The translations under genes and the position numbers were made by a program. From Pseudomonadota bacterium (GTDB lineage Bacteria; Pseudomonadota; Gammaproteobacteria; Burkholderiales; UBA9220): 64,000 bases of DNA. Where the stretch lies: contig JAJZVC010000010.1 in the NCBI GenBank assembly GCA_021845865.1, positions 840 through 64,839 on the forward strand, in the 5' to 3' direction. Under the pieces are notes generated by a model that saw only the letters and a program-made list of their open reading frames with translations, made no database searches and was not told where the DNA came from. The first letter of the stretch is position 1. Each line of letters opens with the position of its first letter. Positions 34,408 through 43,145 of this stretch are shown one piece after another.

Positions 34408-35639
34408 ACGCGAACCTGCTCCATCCCCGCTGGCGAGTGGGAGAGCATCTGCAACGCTGGCGGGATGCCGGCGGCGGCGAGGCCTTGGCTATCGGCGCCG
34501 GGAATCCCGCCGCCATCCTGGCGGCGGTTAAGGAAGCCGACCTGCGTGGCCTGGGCGGCAGCGGCTTTCCGGTTTGGCGCAAGTGGGAGGCGGTGGCCCA
34601 TGCTCCTGCCGACAAGGACAAATACCTGGTGTGCAACGGCAACGAGGACGAGCCGGGAACCTACAAGGACCGCCTGCTGCTGGAGGAAACTCCCCATCAG
34701 GTGATCGAGGGCGCCGTGCTGGCGGCCCTGGCGGTGGGCGCCAACCGGGTGGTGTTCTACGTCAATCCGGACCTCAAGCGTTCCCTGGCGGCCCTGGATC
34801 TGGCCCTGGCCCAGTGGCAGGGGTCCGCCATGCAGGAGCAGGCGTCGGCGGCCCTTGGGCGCCCGATGGCGCTGGAACTGGTGCCCAGCTCCGGCCACTA
34901 CATCGGCGGCGAGGAAACGGCGGCCCTGGAATGGATCGAAGGGAAGTTCCCTTTTCCGCGGGGCAAGCCGCCCTATCCGGCGGAGTACGGCGTTCACGGT
35001 TGCCCTACCCTGGTCAACAACGTGGAAACCTTGGCCAACGTGCCGGCCATCGTGCGTCACGGGGCGGAGTGGTTCCGCGCCCAGGGGACGGGCGGCGCGG
35101 GCGGCACCAAGCTCTATTCCCTCAGCGGCGACGTGCTGCACCCGGGCGTGTACGAACTGCCCATGGGCACCACCCTGCGGGACATGATCTTCGTCCACGG
35201 CGGCGGCTTGCTTTCCGGCAAGCCCATCAAGGCGGTGTTCACCGGCGGGCCGTCCAACACCCTGCTGACGCCGGACGACCTGGACGTGGCCCTGGACTTC
35301 GACTCCTTGCGGGAACGGGGCGCCGCCCTCGGCACCGGCGCCATGATCGTGGTGTCGGAAGGGACCGGCATCGTCAAGCGGGTGGCCGAATACGTGCGCT
35401 TTTTCGCCCATTCCTCCTGCGGCCAGTGCCCGTCCTGCAAAACCGGCACCGCCACCATCAGCCGCCTGCTGGACCGCATCGATACCGGGCAGGGGACGGC
35501 GGCGGACATGGCGACCCTGGAAACGCTCTGCGCCATGCTGCCGGGCAGCGGCCGCTGCCACCTGGTGAACGGCGTGGTGCAGCTGTTGGAAAGCTCCTTC
35601 CGCCACTTCCGCCAGGAATACCGGCAGGCGCTGAAGTGA
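34395..35639 (+). CDS. NuoF/HoxF-like NAD(H)-, FMN- and 4Fe-4S-binding protein
   Basis: 414 aa from ATG 34395 (13-nt overlap with upstream gene); [41 protein letters not shown]. Confidence 0.8.
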   Translation: MEILNANLLHPRWRVGEHLQRWRDAGGGEALAIGAGNPAAILAAVKEADLRGLGGSGFPVWRKWEAVAHAPADKDKYLVCNGNEDEPGTYKDRLLLEETPHQVIEGAVLAALAVGANRVVFYVNPDLKRSLAALDLALAQWQGSAMQEQASAALGRPMALELVPSSGHYIGGEETAALEWIEGKFPFPRGKPPYPAEYGVHGCPTLVNNVETLANVPAIVRHGAEWFRAQGTGGAGGTKLYSLSGDVLHPGVYELPMGTTLRDMIFVHGGGLLSGKPIKAVFTGGPSNTLLTPDDLDVALDFDSLRERGAALGTGAMIVVSEGTGIVKRVAEYVRFFAHSSCGQCPSCKTGTATISRLLDRIDTGQGTAADMATLETLCAMLPGSGRCHLVNGVVQLLESSFRHFRQEYRQALK

Positions 35640-35703
35640 ACGGCGGCGACGGTTTTCGCGAGAAGCGCTAAAATGGCCTGATTTCGGAATAAGGGGGAGG
35701 CAC

Positions 35704-36153
35704 ATGGCAACCATCGACATCAAGATTCTCGACGAACGGGTGAAGCATTGCCTGCCCGCCTATGCCACGCCCGGTTCCGCCGGGCTCGACCTGCGGGCTT
35801 GCGTCGAGCACGTGGTCACCCTCAACCCCGGCCAGACCGAATTGATCCCGACCGGCATCGCCATTCATCTCGAGGACCCTGGACTGGCCGCCATGATCCT
35901 GCCCCGCTCAGGCTTGGGCCACAAACACGGCATCGTCCTGGGCAACCTGGTGGGGCTGATCGACTCCGATTACCAGGGGCAGATTTTCGTCTCCGTCTGG
36001 AACCGGGGCAAGACTCCTTTCATGCTCAATCCCATGGAGCGCATCGCCCAGCTGGTGGTGGTGCCGGTGGTGCAGGTGGGATTCAACGTGGTGGACGAGT
36101 TTCCGGAAAGCCATCGGGGAGAGGGCGGCTTTGGCAGCACCGGCAAGCACTGA
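35704..36153 (+). CDS. dut: dUTP diphosphatase
   Basis: 149 aa; ...[13 protein letters not shown]...[13 protein letters not shown]...[11 protein letters not shown]. Confidence 0.95.
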   Translation: MATIDIKILDERVKHCLPAYATPGSAGLDLRACVEHVVTLNPGQTELIPTGIAIHLEDPGLAAMILPRSGLGHKHGIVLGNLVGLIDSDYQGQIFVSVWNRGKTPFMLNPMERIAQLVVVPVVQVGFNVVDEFPESHRGEGGFGSTGKH

Positions 36154-36751
36154 CTGGCGCGGCTGGCTGTTTGCCCTGGGGATGGTCTTGGCTGTCCCGG
36201 CAACGGCGGACGTGTTCAATCGCGAAGACGTGATTCTCGCCCCCGTTCCCGAGCGTTTTTCGGTCTGCTTCAACGGTTCCTGCAAGGAACTGTCCATGGT
36301 GGGATTGGACGCCGAGCAATGGCGCCAAGTCAGGGAAGCGTTCAACCCTCCGGCGCCCGACCCGGAGGCCGAGCGCAAGCAGATCGCCGCCGCCATCGCC
36401 CAGATGGAGCGCTTCGTCGGCGGTCTCACCGATACCGCCCATGACCTGGGGCGCAACGATGTCGGCGATCCTGGCGACAATTGGATGGACTGCATCGACG
36501 AATCCACCAATACCACCTCCTATCTCAAGATTTTCGCCGCTCGGGGCCTGTTGAAATGGCACACGGTGCAGGATAGGCAGACCCGGGGCTGGTTTCTCTT
36601 CGGCTATCCCCACACCTCTGCCGTGATCAGGGATACGCAGAGCGGCCTGGAGTATGCCGTGGACTCCTGGTTCTATCCCAACGGCGAGGCGCCGGCCATC
36701 CTCCCCGTGGGGGCGTGGCACGACGGCTGGAATCCCCCGCCGACGCCCTGA
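36131..36751 (+). CDS. Hypothetical exported protein
   Basis: 206-aa ORF (TTG start overlapping dut end; start uncertain); hydrophobic leader [15 protein letters not shown]; no family recognised. Confidence 0.5.
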   Translation: MAAPASTDWRGWLFALGMVLAVPATADVFNREDVILAPVPERFSVCFNGSCKELSMVGLDAEQWRQVREAFNPPAPDPEAERKQIAAAIAQMERFVGGLTDTAHDLGRNDVGDPGDNWMDCIDESTNTTSYLKIFAARGLLKWHTVQDRQTRGWFLFGYPHTSAVIRDTQSGLEYAVDSWFYPNGEAPAILPVGAWHDGWNPPPTP

Positions 36752-36820
36752 AGGGGCTTGATATGTCGGGGTCATTGGTCTAAGTTTTACTAACTGCGTG
36801 TCGCAAGAAAAGGCGGGCCG

Positions 36821-37909
36821 ATGAAAGAACAAGAAACCCTGGCTGAACATCTTCGCCGGCAAGGCATCAGCCGCCGCTCCTTTCTCAAGTTTTGCGTGGC
36901 CACCGCCTCCCTCCTCGGCCTGCCGCCGGGGATGGCGCCCCTGATGGCCGAAACCCTGGGCAAGGTCAGGCGCCCGTCGGTGATCTGGCTCTCCTTCCAG
37001 GAATGCACCGGCTGTACCGAATCCCTGACCCGCTCCCACTCCCCCACCCTGGAAAGCCTGCTGTTCGATTTCATTTCCCTCGACTATCACCACACCCTCC
37101 AGGCCGCCTCGGGCGAAGCGGCGGAGCGGGCGCGGGAAGAGGCGATGAAGGCCAATTACGGCAAGTACCTGGTGCTGGTGGACGGCTCGGTCCCCCTGGG
37201 AGAGGGCGGGGCCTATTCCACCATCGCCGGCCGCACCAACCTGGAAATGCTCGAAGAGACCGCCAAGGGGGCGGCGGCCCTGATTGCCATCGGCACCTGT
37301 TCCTCCTACGGCGGCCTGCCCTACGCCCATCCCAACCCGACGGGGGCGGTTCCGGTGTCGGCCATCGTCAAGGACAAGCCCGTCGTCAACGTTCCCGGCT
37401 GCCCGCCGATCCCCCTCGCGATCACCGGCGTGGTGGCCCATTACCTGATGTTCGGCGCCCTGCCGGAACTGGACGAGAAGGGACGCCCCCTTTCCATTTA
37501 CGGCGAGACCATCCACGACCGCTGCTACCGCCGCCCCTTCTACGACCAGGGAAAGTTCGCCAAGACCTTCGACGACCGGGGCGCCCGCGCCGGCTGGTGC
37601 CTGTACGAGCTGGGGTGCAAGGGGCCCACGACCCACAACGCTTGCGCCACCACCAAGTGGAACGGCGGCACCAGCTTTCCTATCGAATCCGGCCACGGCT
37701 GCCTCGGCTGCTCCGAGCCCGACTTTTGGGACGCGGGCAGTTTCTACCAAGCGCTGTCCACCCCGCTCTCGTCCCTCGACAAGGCAGCGGGGGTGGCGGC
37801 GGGCGCGGGGGTGGCGGCGGGCGCCGCCATTGCCGTCCACAACCGTGCCGCCAAGCGCGCGGCGAAGGCCGGCCATCAGGCCGTGACGGTCAACGACCTG
37901 GAGAAGTGA
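36821..37909 (+). CDS. hynS: [NiFe] hydrogenase small subunit (Isp-type, group 1e-like)
   Basis: Tat signal SRRSFLKFC; Fe-S cluster Cys pattern (ECTGCTES..., GTCSSYGG, PGCPP, ...GCLGCSEP). Confidence 0.9.
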   Translation: MKEQETLAEHLRRQGISRRSFLKFCVATASLLGLPPGMAPLMAETLGKVRRPSVIWLSFQECTGCTESLTRSHSPTLESLLFDFISLDYHHTLQAASGEAAERAREEAMKANYGKYLVLVDGSVPLGEGGAYSTIAGRTNLEMLEETAKGAAALIAIGTCSSYGGLPYAHPNPTGAVPVSAIVKDKPVVNVPGCPPIPLAITGVVAHYLMFGALPELDEKGRPLSIYGETIHDRCYRRPFYDQGKFAKTFDDRGARAGWCLYELGCKGPTTHNACATTKWNGGTSFPIESGHGCLGCSEPDFWDAGSFYQALSTPLSSLDKAAGVAAGAGVAAGAAIAVHNRAAKRAAKAGHQAVTVNDLEK

Positions 37910-38569
37910 ATGAGCGACATGGAATTGCTGCTATGGGCGCGGGGGCCGGGACTGCAAGGAGCGGTGGCGGTTTTCGTCGCCGGCATGGCGTTGCGCCTGA
38001 TCGAAATCTACAGCCTGGGGCGCAAACGGGACCTTTCCCCGGCGCGGCCGGGAAACGGCGGTGCCGGCTGGGCGACCATCATCACCCGCAGCATTCCCCA
38101 CAAGGAATTGCTGCGAACCACCTATCTGACCTATATCCTGGGTTATACCTTCCACATCGGCCTGTTCGTCACCCTGCTGCTGTTCGCGCCCCATATTCAG
38201 CTGTTTCGCGGCGTCCTGGGTTTCGGTTGGCCTTCCCTGCCCTCGCCGGTGGTGGATGCCGTGGCCCTGGTGTCCATCGCGGCCTTGTTTGGCATGCTGG
38301 CTTACCGCCTTTATCACCCGGTAAAGCGTTTCCTTACCACCTTCGGCGACCACGCGGCCTGGCTGCTGACCATGCTGCCACTGCTGACCGGCTATCTGGC
38401 TTTCCATCATCTGCTGTTGCCCTATACCCTGATGCTGGCGGTGCACATCCTGTCGGTGGAACTGCTTCTGGTCTTCATGCCCTTCACCAAGCTGGTCCAC
38501 GTGGCGACGATTTTCATTTCCCGCTGGTACAACGGCGACATGCTGGGGCATAAGGGGGCGCGGCTATGA
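37910..38569 (+). CDS. isp1: Isp1, NarI/DsrM-like membrane b-type cytochrome subunit
   Basis: 219-aa polytopic membrane protein encoded directly between small and large hydrogenase subunit genes. Confidence 0.75.
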   Translation: MSDMELLLWARGPGLQGAVAVFVAGMALRLIEIYSLGRKRDLSPARPGNGGAGWATIITRSIPHKELLRTTYLTYILGYTFHIGLFVTLLLFAPHIQLFRGVLGFGWPSLPSPVVDAVALVSIAALFGMLAYRLYHPVKRFLTTFGDHAAWLLTMLPLLTGYLAFHHLLLPYTLMLAVHILSVELLLVFMPFTKLVHVATIFISRWYNGDMLGHKGARL

Positions 38570-38606
38570 ACGGGTGCTTGCGGCACGAGGAAAGAAAGGC
38601 GGAGCC

Positions 38607-39875
38607 ATGAGCGCATCGTTCGAGCGTGGCGTGAATTCCTTCCGGGAGGTGATGGATGCGCCCATCGCCAGTTTTTTCTCCAGTTGCGTCCATTGCGGCC
38701 TGTGCGCCGATGCCTGTCTGTTTTACACGGAAACGGGCGATCCGAAATACACGCCGATTTACAAGTTGGAGCCTCTGAAGCGCCTGTGGCGCCAGGAATA
38801 TACCTTGTTGGGCAAGCTGGCCTCCCTGGCGGGGCTGTCCAAGCCCATCACGGATGCCGAGCTGGCGGAGTGGAGCGAACTGGTCTACGACAGCTGCACC
38901 CTCTGCGGGCGCTGCACGGTGGCTTGCCCGGTGGGCAACGACATCACCTACATGGTGCGCAAGATGCGCGAAGGCATGGCGGCAGCCGGTCATGCGCCGG
39001 AAGGGGTGATCGAAGCCACCCGCAAGACCATCGAGCAGGGCAGCCCCATGGGGATTCAGCTCAAGGCGTTTTTGGCGCAGGTAAAGGGGCAGGAGGAGGA
39101 AACCGGCATCGAGATTCCGCTGGACAAGGCGGGAGTGGATTATCTGGTCATCATGTCGTCCATGGAGATTCTCGGCTATCCCGAATACCTCGGTTCCCTG
39201 GCGCGCATCTTCAAGCAGGCCGGCCTGACCTGGACGGTGTCTTCCGAGGCCTTCGAGGCCACCAACAGCGGCATCCAGATCGGGGTGTCGGACATCGCGC
39301 GGGAAATCGTCCTGCGTGTCGTCAACGCGGCGGAGAAGCTGGGGGTGAAGTACGTCATCAGTCCCGAGTGCGGCCACGCTTTCACCGCCCTGCGTTGGGA
39401 AGGGCCGAACCTGATCGGCCGCCCCTACAAATTCGAGGTGGTGCACGTCTTGGAACTGCTCGATCAGTTGCGTCGCGCCGGCAAGCTCAAGACGGTGGGC
39501 AAGACCGATGAACCCCTTACGCTCCACGATCCCTGCCAGATCGTGCGTCGCGGCGGCGTGGTGGCCGAACCGCGGAATTTGATCCGGATGGTGGCGTCGG
39601 ATTTCCGCGAGATGGAAGATTCCGGCATGTACAACTGGTGCTGCGGCGGCGGTGGCGGCGTATCCGCCAACCATCGGGCGGAAGAATTGCGCTTCACCGT
39701 CTTCAAGCGCAAGAAACGCCAGATCGAGGGCACGGGAGCGGTCACCATGGTCACCGCCTGCGCCAACTGCCGCAATGTGCTGGAAGAAGGCCTGGAGCGC
39801 TACCACATGGATACCAAGATGATCGGTTTGACCGAACTGGTCGCCGAACACCTGAAAGAGGATGAACAGGCATGA
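38607..39875 (+). CDS. isp2: Isp2, HdrD/DsrK-like Fe-S protein with CCG domains
   Basis: CVHCGLCADAC and CTLCGRCTVACP ferredoxin motifs; CCG-type Cys clusters (PECGHAF, DPCQIV, NWCCGGGGG); ATG 38607 preferred to track start. Confidence 0.8.
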   Translation: MSASFERGVNSFREVMDAPIASFFSSCVHCGLCADACLFYTETGDPKYTPIYKLEPLKRLWRQEYTLLGKLASLAGLSKPITDAELAEWSELVYDSCTLCGRCTVACPVGNDITYMVRKMREGMAAAGHAPEGVIEATRKTIEQGSPMGIQLKAFLAQVKGQEEETGIEIPLDKAGVDYLVIMSSMEILGYPEYLGSLARIFKQAGLTWTVSSEAFEATNSGIQIGVSDIAREIVLRVVNAAEKLGVKYVISPECGHAFTALRWEGPNLIGRPYKFEVVHVLELLDQLRRAGKLKTVGKTDEPLTLHDPCQIVRRGGVVAEPRNLIRMVASDFREMEDSGMYNWCCGGGGGVSANHRAEELRFTVFKRKKRQIEGTGAVTMVTACANCRNVLEEGLERYHMDTKMIGLTELVAEHLKEDEQA

Positions 39876-41641
39876 ACCACCGCGTCGTCGTCGACCCCAT
39901 CACCCGCATCGAGGGCCATCTGCGCATCGAGGCGGAAACCACCCCGGACGGCACCATCACCCAGGCCTATAGCTCCGGCACCATGGTGCGGGGGCTGGAA
40001 ATCATCCTCCAGGGACGCGATCCCCGCGACGCCTGGGCCTTCGCCCAGCGCATCTGCGGCGTCTGCACCCTGGTCCATGGCCTGGCTTCGGTGCGGGCGG
40101 TGGAGGATGCGCTGAAATACCCCATTCCGCCCAACGCCCAGATTATCCGCAACCTGATGGCGGCGGCCCAGTACGTCCACGACCACGTGATGCACTTCTA
40201 CCACCTCCACGCCCTGGACTGGGTGGACGTGGTTTCCGCCCTGAAGGCCGATCCGAAGAAGACCTCCGAATTGGCCCAGTCCATCAGCGGCTATGCGAAA
40301 TCCTCTCCCGGCTATTTCGCCGATACACAGAAGCGTCTGAAGAATTTCGTCGACGGCGGGCAGCTGGGTATTTTCGCCAACGGCTACTGGGGCCACCCGG
40401 CGTACAAGCTGCCGCCGGAGGCCAACCTGATGGCGGTGGCCCATTATCTCGAGGCCTTGGCTTGGCAGCGGGACGTGGTGAAGCTGCACGCCATTTTCGG
40501 CGGCAAGAACCCCCATCCCAACTTCGTGGTGGGGGGCGTGCCCTGCGCCATCAGCGCCGAACCGGGACACCCCGGCAAAGGGCAAGGGCCCCGCCATCGG
40601 GGCGGCGGGGGGGCGACAGCCGTGGATATGCAGGGCTTGCAACTGGTGAAGAACGTCATCGACCAGATGCGGGAGTTCGTCGATCAGGTCTACCTCCCCG
40701 ATGTCCTGGCGATCGCCGGCTTCTATAAGGACTGGGCGTCCCAGGGGGAAGGGCTGGGGAATTTCCTCACCTATGGCGATTTTCCGGCGAAGGGCTTTGG
40801 TGGCGTGGATGATTTCATCGTTCCACGGGGGGTGATCCTCAACCGGGACCTCGGCGCCATCCACGAACTGGACCTCAATGCCCCGGACCAGATCCAGGAG
40901 TTCGTGGCCCATTCCTGGTACGACTACAGCGGCGGCAAGGACAAGGGCCTGCATCCCTACGATGGCGAAACGGCGCTCCACTATACCGGGCCGAAACCGC
41001 CCTACGACCAACTGGAAGTGGCGCAGGGCTACTCCTGGCTCAAATCGCCGCGTTGGAAGGGGCGCGCCGTGGAAGTGGGGCCCCTGGCGCGGGTGCTGAT
41101 GATGTATGCCAAGGGGCACGCCCAGACCAAGGAGCTGGTGAGCCACGTCCTCAAGACCCTGGACGTTCCGGCGGCAGCCCTCTATTCCACCCTCGGCCGT
41201 ACCGCCGCCCGTGCCCTGGAAAGCAAGGTCATGGCCGATGCCATGACCGGCTGGTACGACACCCTCATCGCCAATATCCGTGCCGGGGACGTGAATACCT
41301 TCAACGCCGACCTGTGGGAGCCCTCCTCCTGGCCGAAGGAAGCCAGGGGCGTGGGCTTCATGGAAGCCCCCCGGGGCGCCCTGGGCCACTGGCTGGTGAT
41401 CCAGGACGGCAAAATCGCCAACTATCAGGCGGTGGTCCCCAGCACCTGGAATGCCGGCCCCCGCGACCCCCAGGGGCAGCCGGGGGCCTACGAGGCTTCC
41501 CTCCAGTCAACCCGTCTCCATGACGCCCAGCAGCCCATCGAAATCCTGCGCACCATCCACAGTTTCGATCCCTGCATCGCCTGCGCGGTGCATGTCGTCT
41601 CGCCAGAAAGCGAAGGCAGTTTCCGCGTCAGGGTGGATTGA
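39872..41641 (+). CDS. hynL: [NiFe] hydrogenase large subunit
   Basis: RICGVC N-terminal and DPCIACAVH C-terminal Ni-Fe ligand motifs, with a C-terminal extension after the His (protease-processed type); ATGA overlap with isp2. Confidence 0.95.
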   Translation: MNHRVVVDPITRIEGHLRIEAETTPDGTITQAYSSGTMVRGLEIILQGRDPRDAWAFAQRICGVCTLVHGLASVRAVEDALKYPIPPNAQIIRNLMAAAQYVHDHVMHFYHLHALDWVDVVSALKADPKKTSELAQSISGYAKSSPGYFADTQKRLKNFVDGGQLGIFANGYWGHPAYKLPPEANLMAVAHYLEALAWQRDVVKLHAIFGGKNPHPNFVVGGVPCAISAEPGHPGKGQGPRHRGGGGATAVDMQGLQLVKNVIDQMREFVDQVYLPDVLAIAGFYKDWASQGEGLGNFLTYGDFPAKGFGGVDDFIVPRGVILNRDLGAIHELDLNAPDQIQEFVAHSWYDYSGGKDKGLHPYDGETALHYTGPKPPYDQLEVAQGYSWLKSPRWKGRAVEVGPLARVLMMYAKGHAQTKELVSHVLKTLDVPAAALYSTLGRTAARALESKVMADAMTGWYDTLIANIRAGDVNTFNADLWEPSSWPKEARGVGFMEAPRGALGHWLVIQDGKIANYQAVVPSTWNAGPRDPQGQPGAYEASLQSTRLHDAQQPIEILRTIHSFDPCIACAVHVVSPESEGSFRVRVD

Positions 41642-41794
41642 TGTCAATTTGATGCGTATTCGCTGGGCAATGCGGGTTTTGTCTTATTGCGGCACGGGTT
41701 TAAATGTACTAGTATCCGCCGGGTAACCAATAACAACAATTATCTAAACATCATTGATTGTGTTGCCGCTTGAGGCGGCAAACGGGAGGTTGTT

Positions 41795-43129
41795 ATGTCG
41801 AAGCAGGGGCGCTGGCTGCTGTTAGCATTGTTGCTGGGCCTGACCGGGGAGAGCTTTGCCGCCGACCCGGCCATGCTCAAGCAGGCACAGGAGTTGATGG
41901 CACAAGGTAACGCCAAAGGCGCCTACGAACTCCTCATTCCCAAGCAATCTGATTATGCCGGCGAAGTCGATTACGACTATTTGCTCGGTATTGCCGCTCT
42001 GGACGCGGGGCACCCGACCGAGGCGGTGTTCGCCCTGGAACGGGTGCTGGCGGTGAACCCCGATCATGCCCAGGCGCGAGCCGAAATTGCCCGGGCCTAT
42101 TTCCAGATGGGCGAGCTGGATGCTTCCAAGCAACAGCTGGAAATGGTGCAAAGCCAAAAGCCGCCGGCCCAGGTGCAGGCCAGCATCAGCAAATTCCTGG
42201 AAGCCATCGAACAGGCCAAGTCCGCGGAGCGGACCACGGTACGGGCGTATCTGGAAGGCGCGCTGGGTTACGATACCAACGTCAACGCGGCGACCTCGAA
42301 TATCCAAGTGGCCATTCCGGCTTTCGGCGGTGCGATTGCGACCCTGAGCAATACCGCGACCAAACAGCATGATGAGTTCTATTCCCTTAGCGGCGCTCTG
42401 AACGTGCGCCACATGGCGACCCCGGATCACGTGATTTTCGCCGGCGGCAGCTTCAATCGCCGTTTCAATTTCAGCACGCCCCAGGACCAGTTCAATACCG
42501 GCACCCTGGACGGCAACGTCGGCCTCAGCATCATCAGGGGGGACAACGTCTTTACCGGCGCCATGCAGGTGCAGAATTTCACGGTGGATGAAAAGGACTA
42601 TCGCAACGCCGATGGCTTTTCCTTCCAGTGGATGCGCAACCTGAGCCAGGTAAGCCAGTTTACAGCCTATGTCCAGTACACCGACCTGACTTATCCCGGA
42701 CAGTCTCCCCGGGATGCCGGGCGCACGGTTTTGGGCGCGGCCTATGCGCGAGCCTTGGGTGGGGATTACTCGCCGGTGGTGTATATCGGCGGTTATGGCG
42801 GCAACGAAATAGCCAAGGTCGATAGATTCAACTACAACGGCCACGATGTCTACGGCGTGCGCCTGGGGGGCGAAATGCGCTACACCGACAAGGCGACGCT
42901 TTTTGCCTCTCTCAGCTATGAGGACCGCCGCTATCGGGGCATTGATCCCCTTTTCCTGGACCGCCGCCATGACAAGCAAACAGACCTGAACCTTGGGGTG
43001 AATTATGTGGTGGCGCCGAAGTGGACGGTGAAGCCGCAACTCAGCTACACCCTGAACGATTCCAACTGGACGCTTAACGACTACGACCGGACGATGGTGA
43101 GCGTGAGCGTTCGCCGCGACCTCAATTAA
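41795..43129 (+). CDS. Slam-like outer-membrane protein (N-terminal TPR plus DUF560-type beta-barrel)
   Basis: Signal peptide; TPR region (AQGNAKGAYELL..., AGHPTEAVFALERVLAVNPDH...); C-terminal alternating beta-strand pattern (YLEGALGYDTNVN... to the end) as in DUF560/Slam proteins. Confidence 0.65.
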   Translation: MSKQGRWLLLALLLGLTGESFAADPAMLKQAQELMAQGNAKGAYELLIPKQSDYAGEVDYDYLLGIAALDAGHPTEAVFALERVLAVNPDHAQARAEIARAYFQMGELDASKQQLEMVQSQKPPAQVQASISKFLEAIEQAKSAERTTVRAYLEGALGYDTNVNAATSNIQVAIPAFGGAIATLSNTATKQHDEFYSLSGALNVRHMATPDHVIFAGGSFNRRFNFSTPQDQFNTGTLDGNVGLSIIRGDNVFTGAMQVQNFTVDEKDYRNADGFSFQWMRNLSQVSQFTAYVQYTDLTYPGQSPRDAGRTVLGAAYARALGGDYSPVVYIGGYGGNEIAKVDRFNYNGHDVYGVRLGGEMRYTDKATLFASLSYEDRRYRGIDPLFLDRRHDKQTDLNLGVNYVVAPKWTVKPQLSYTLNDSNWTLNDYDRTMVSVSVRRDLN

Positions 43130-43145
43130 GCGGGAGGAAAAGCAG

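Noticed and set aside
36821-41641. The hydrogenase as a standard Hya/Hup (group 1d) uptake enzyme with a cytochrome b subunit.
   Set aside because: Two genes (a NarI/DsrM-like membrane protein and an HdrD/DsrK-like CCG protein) sit between the small and large subunit genes. This is the hallmark of Isp-type enzymes. No hupC/hyaC follows the large subunit.
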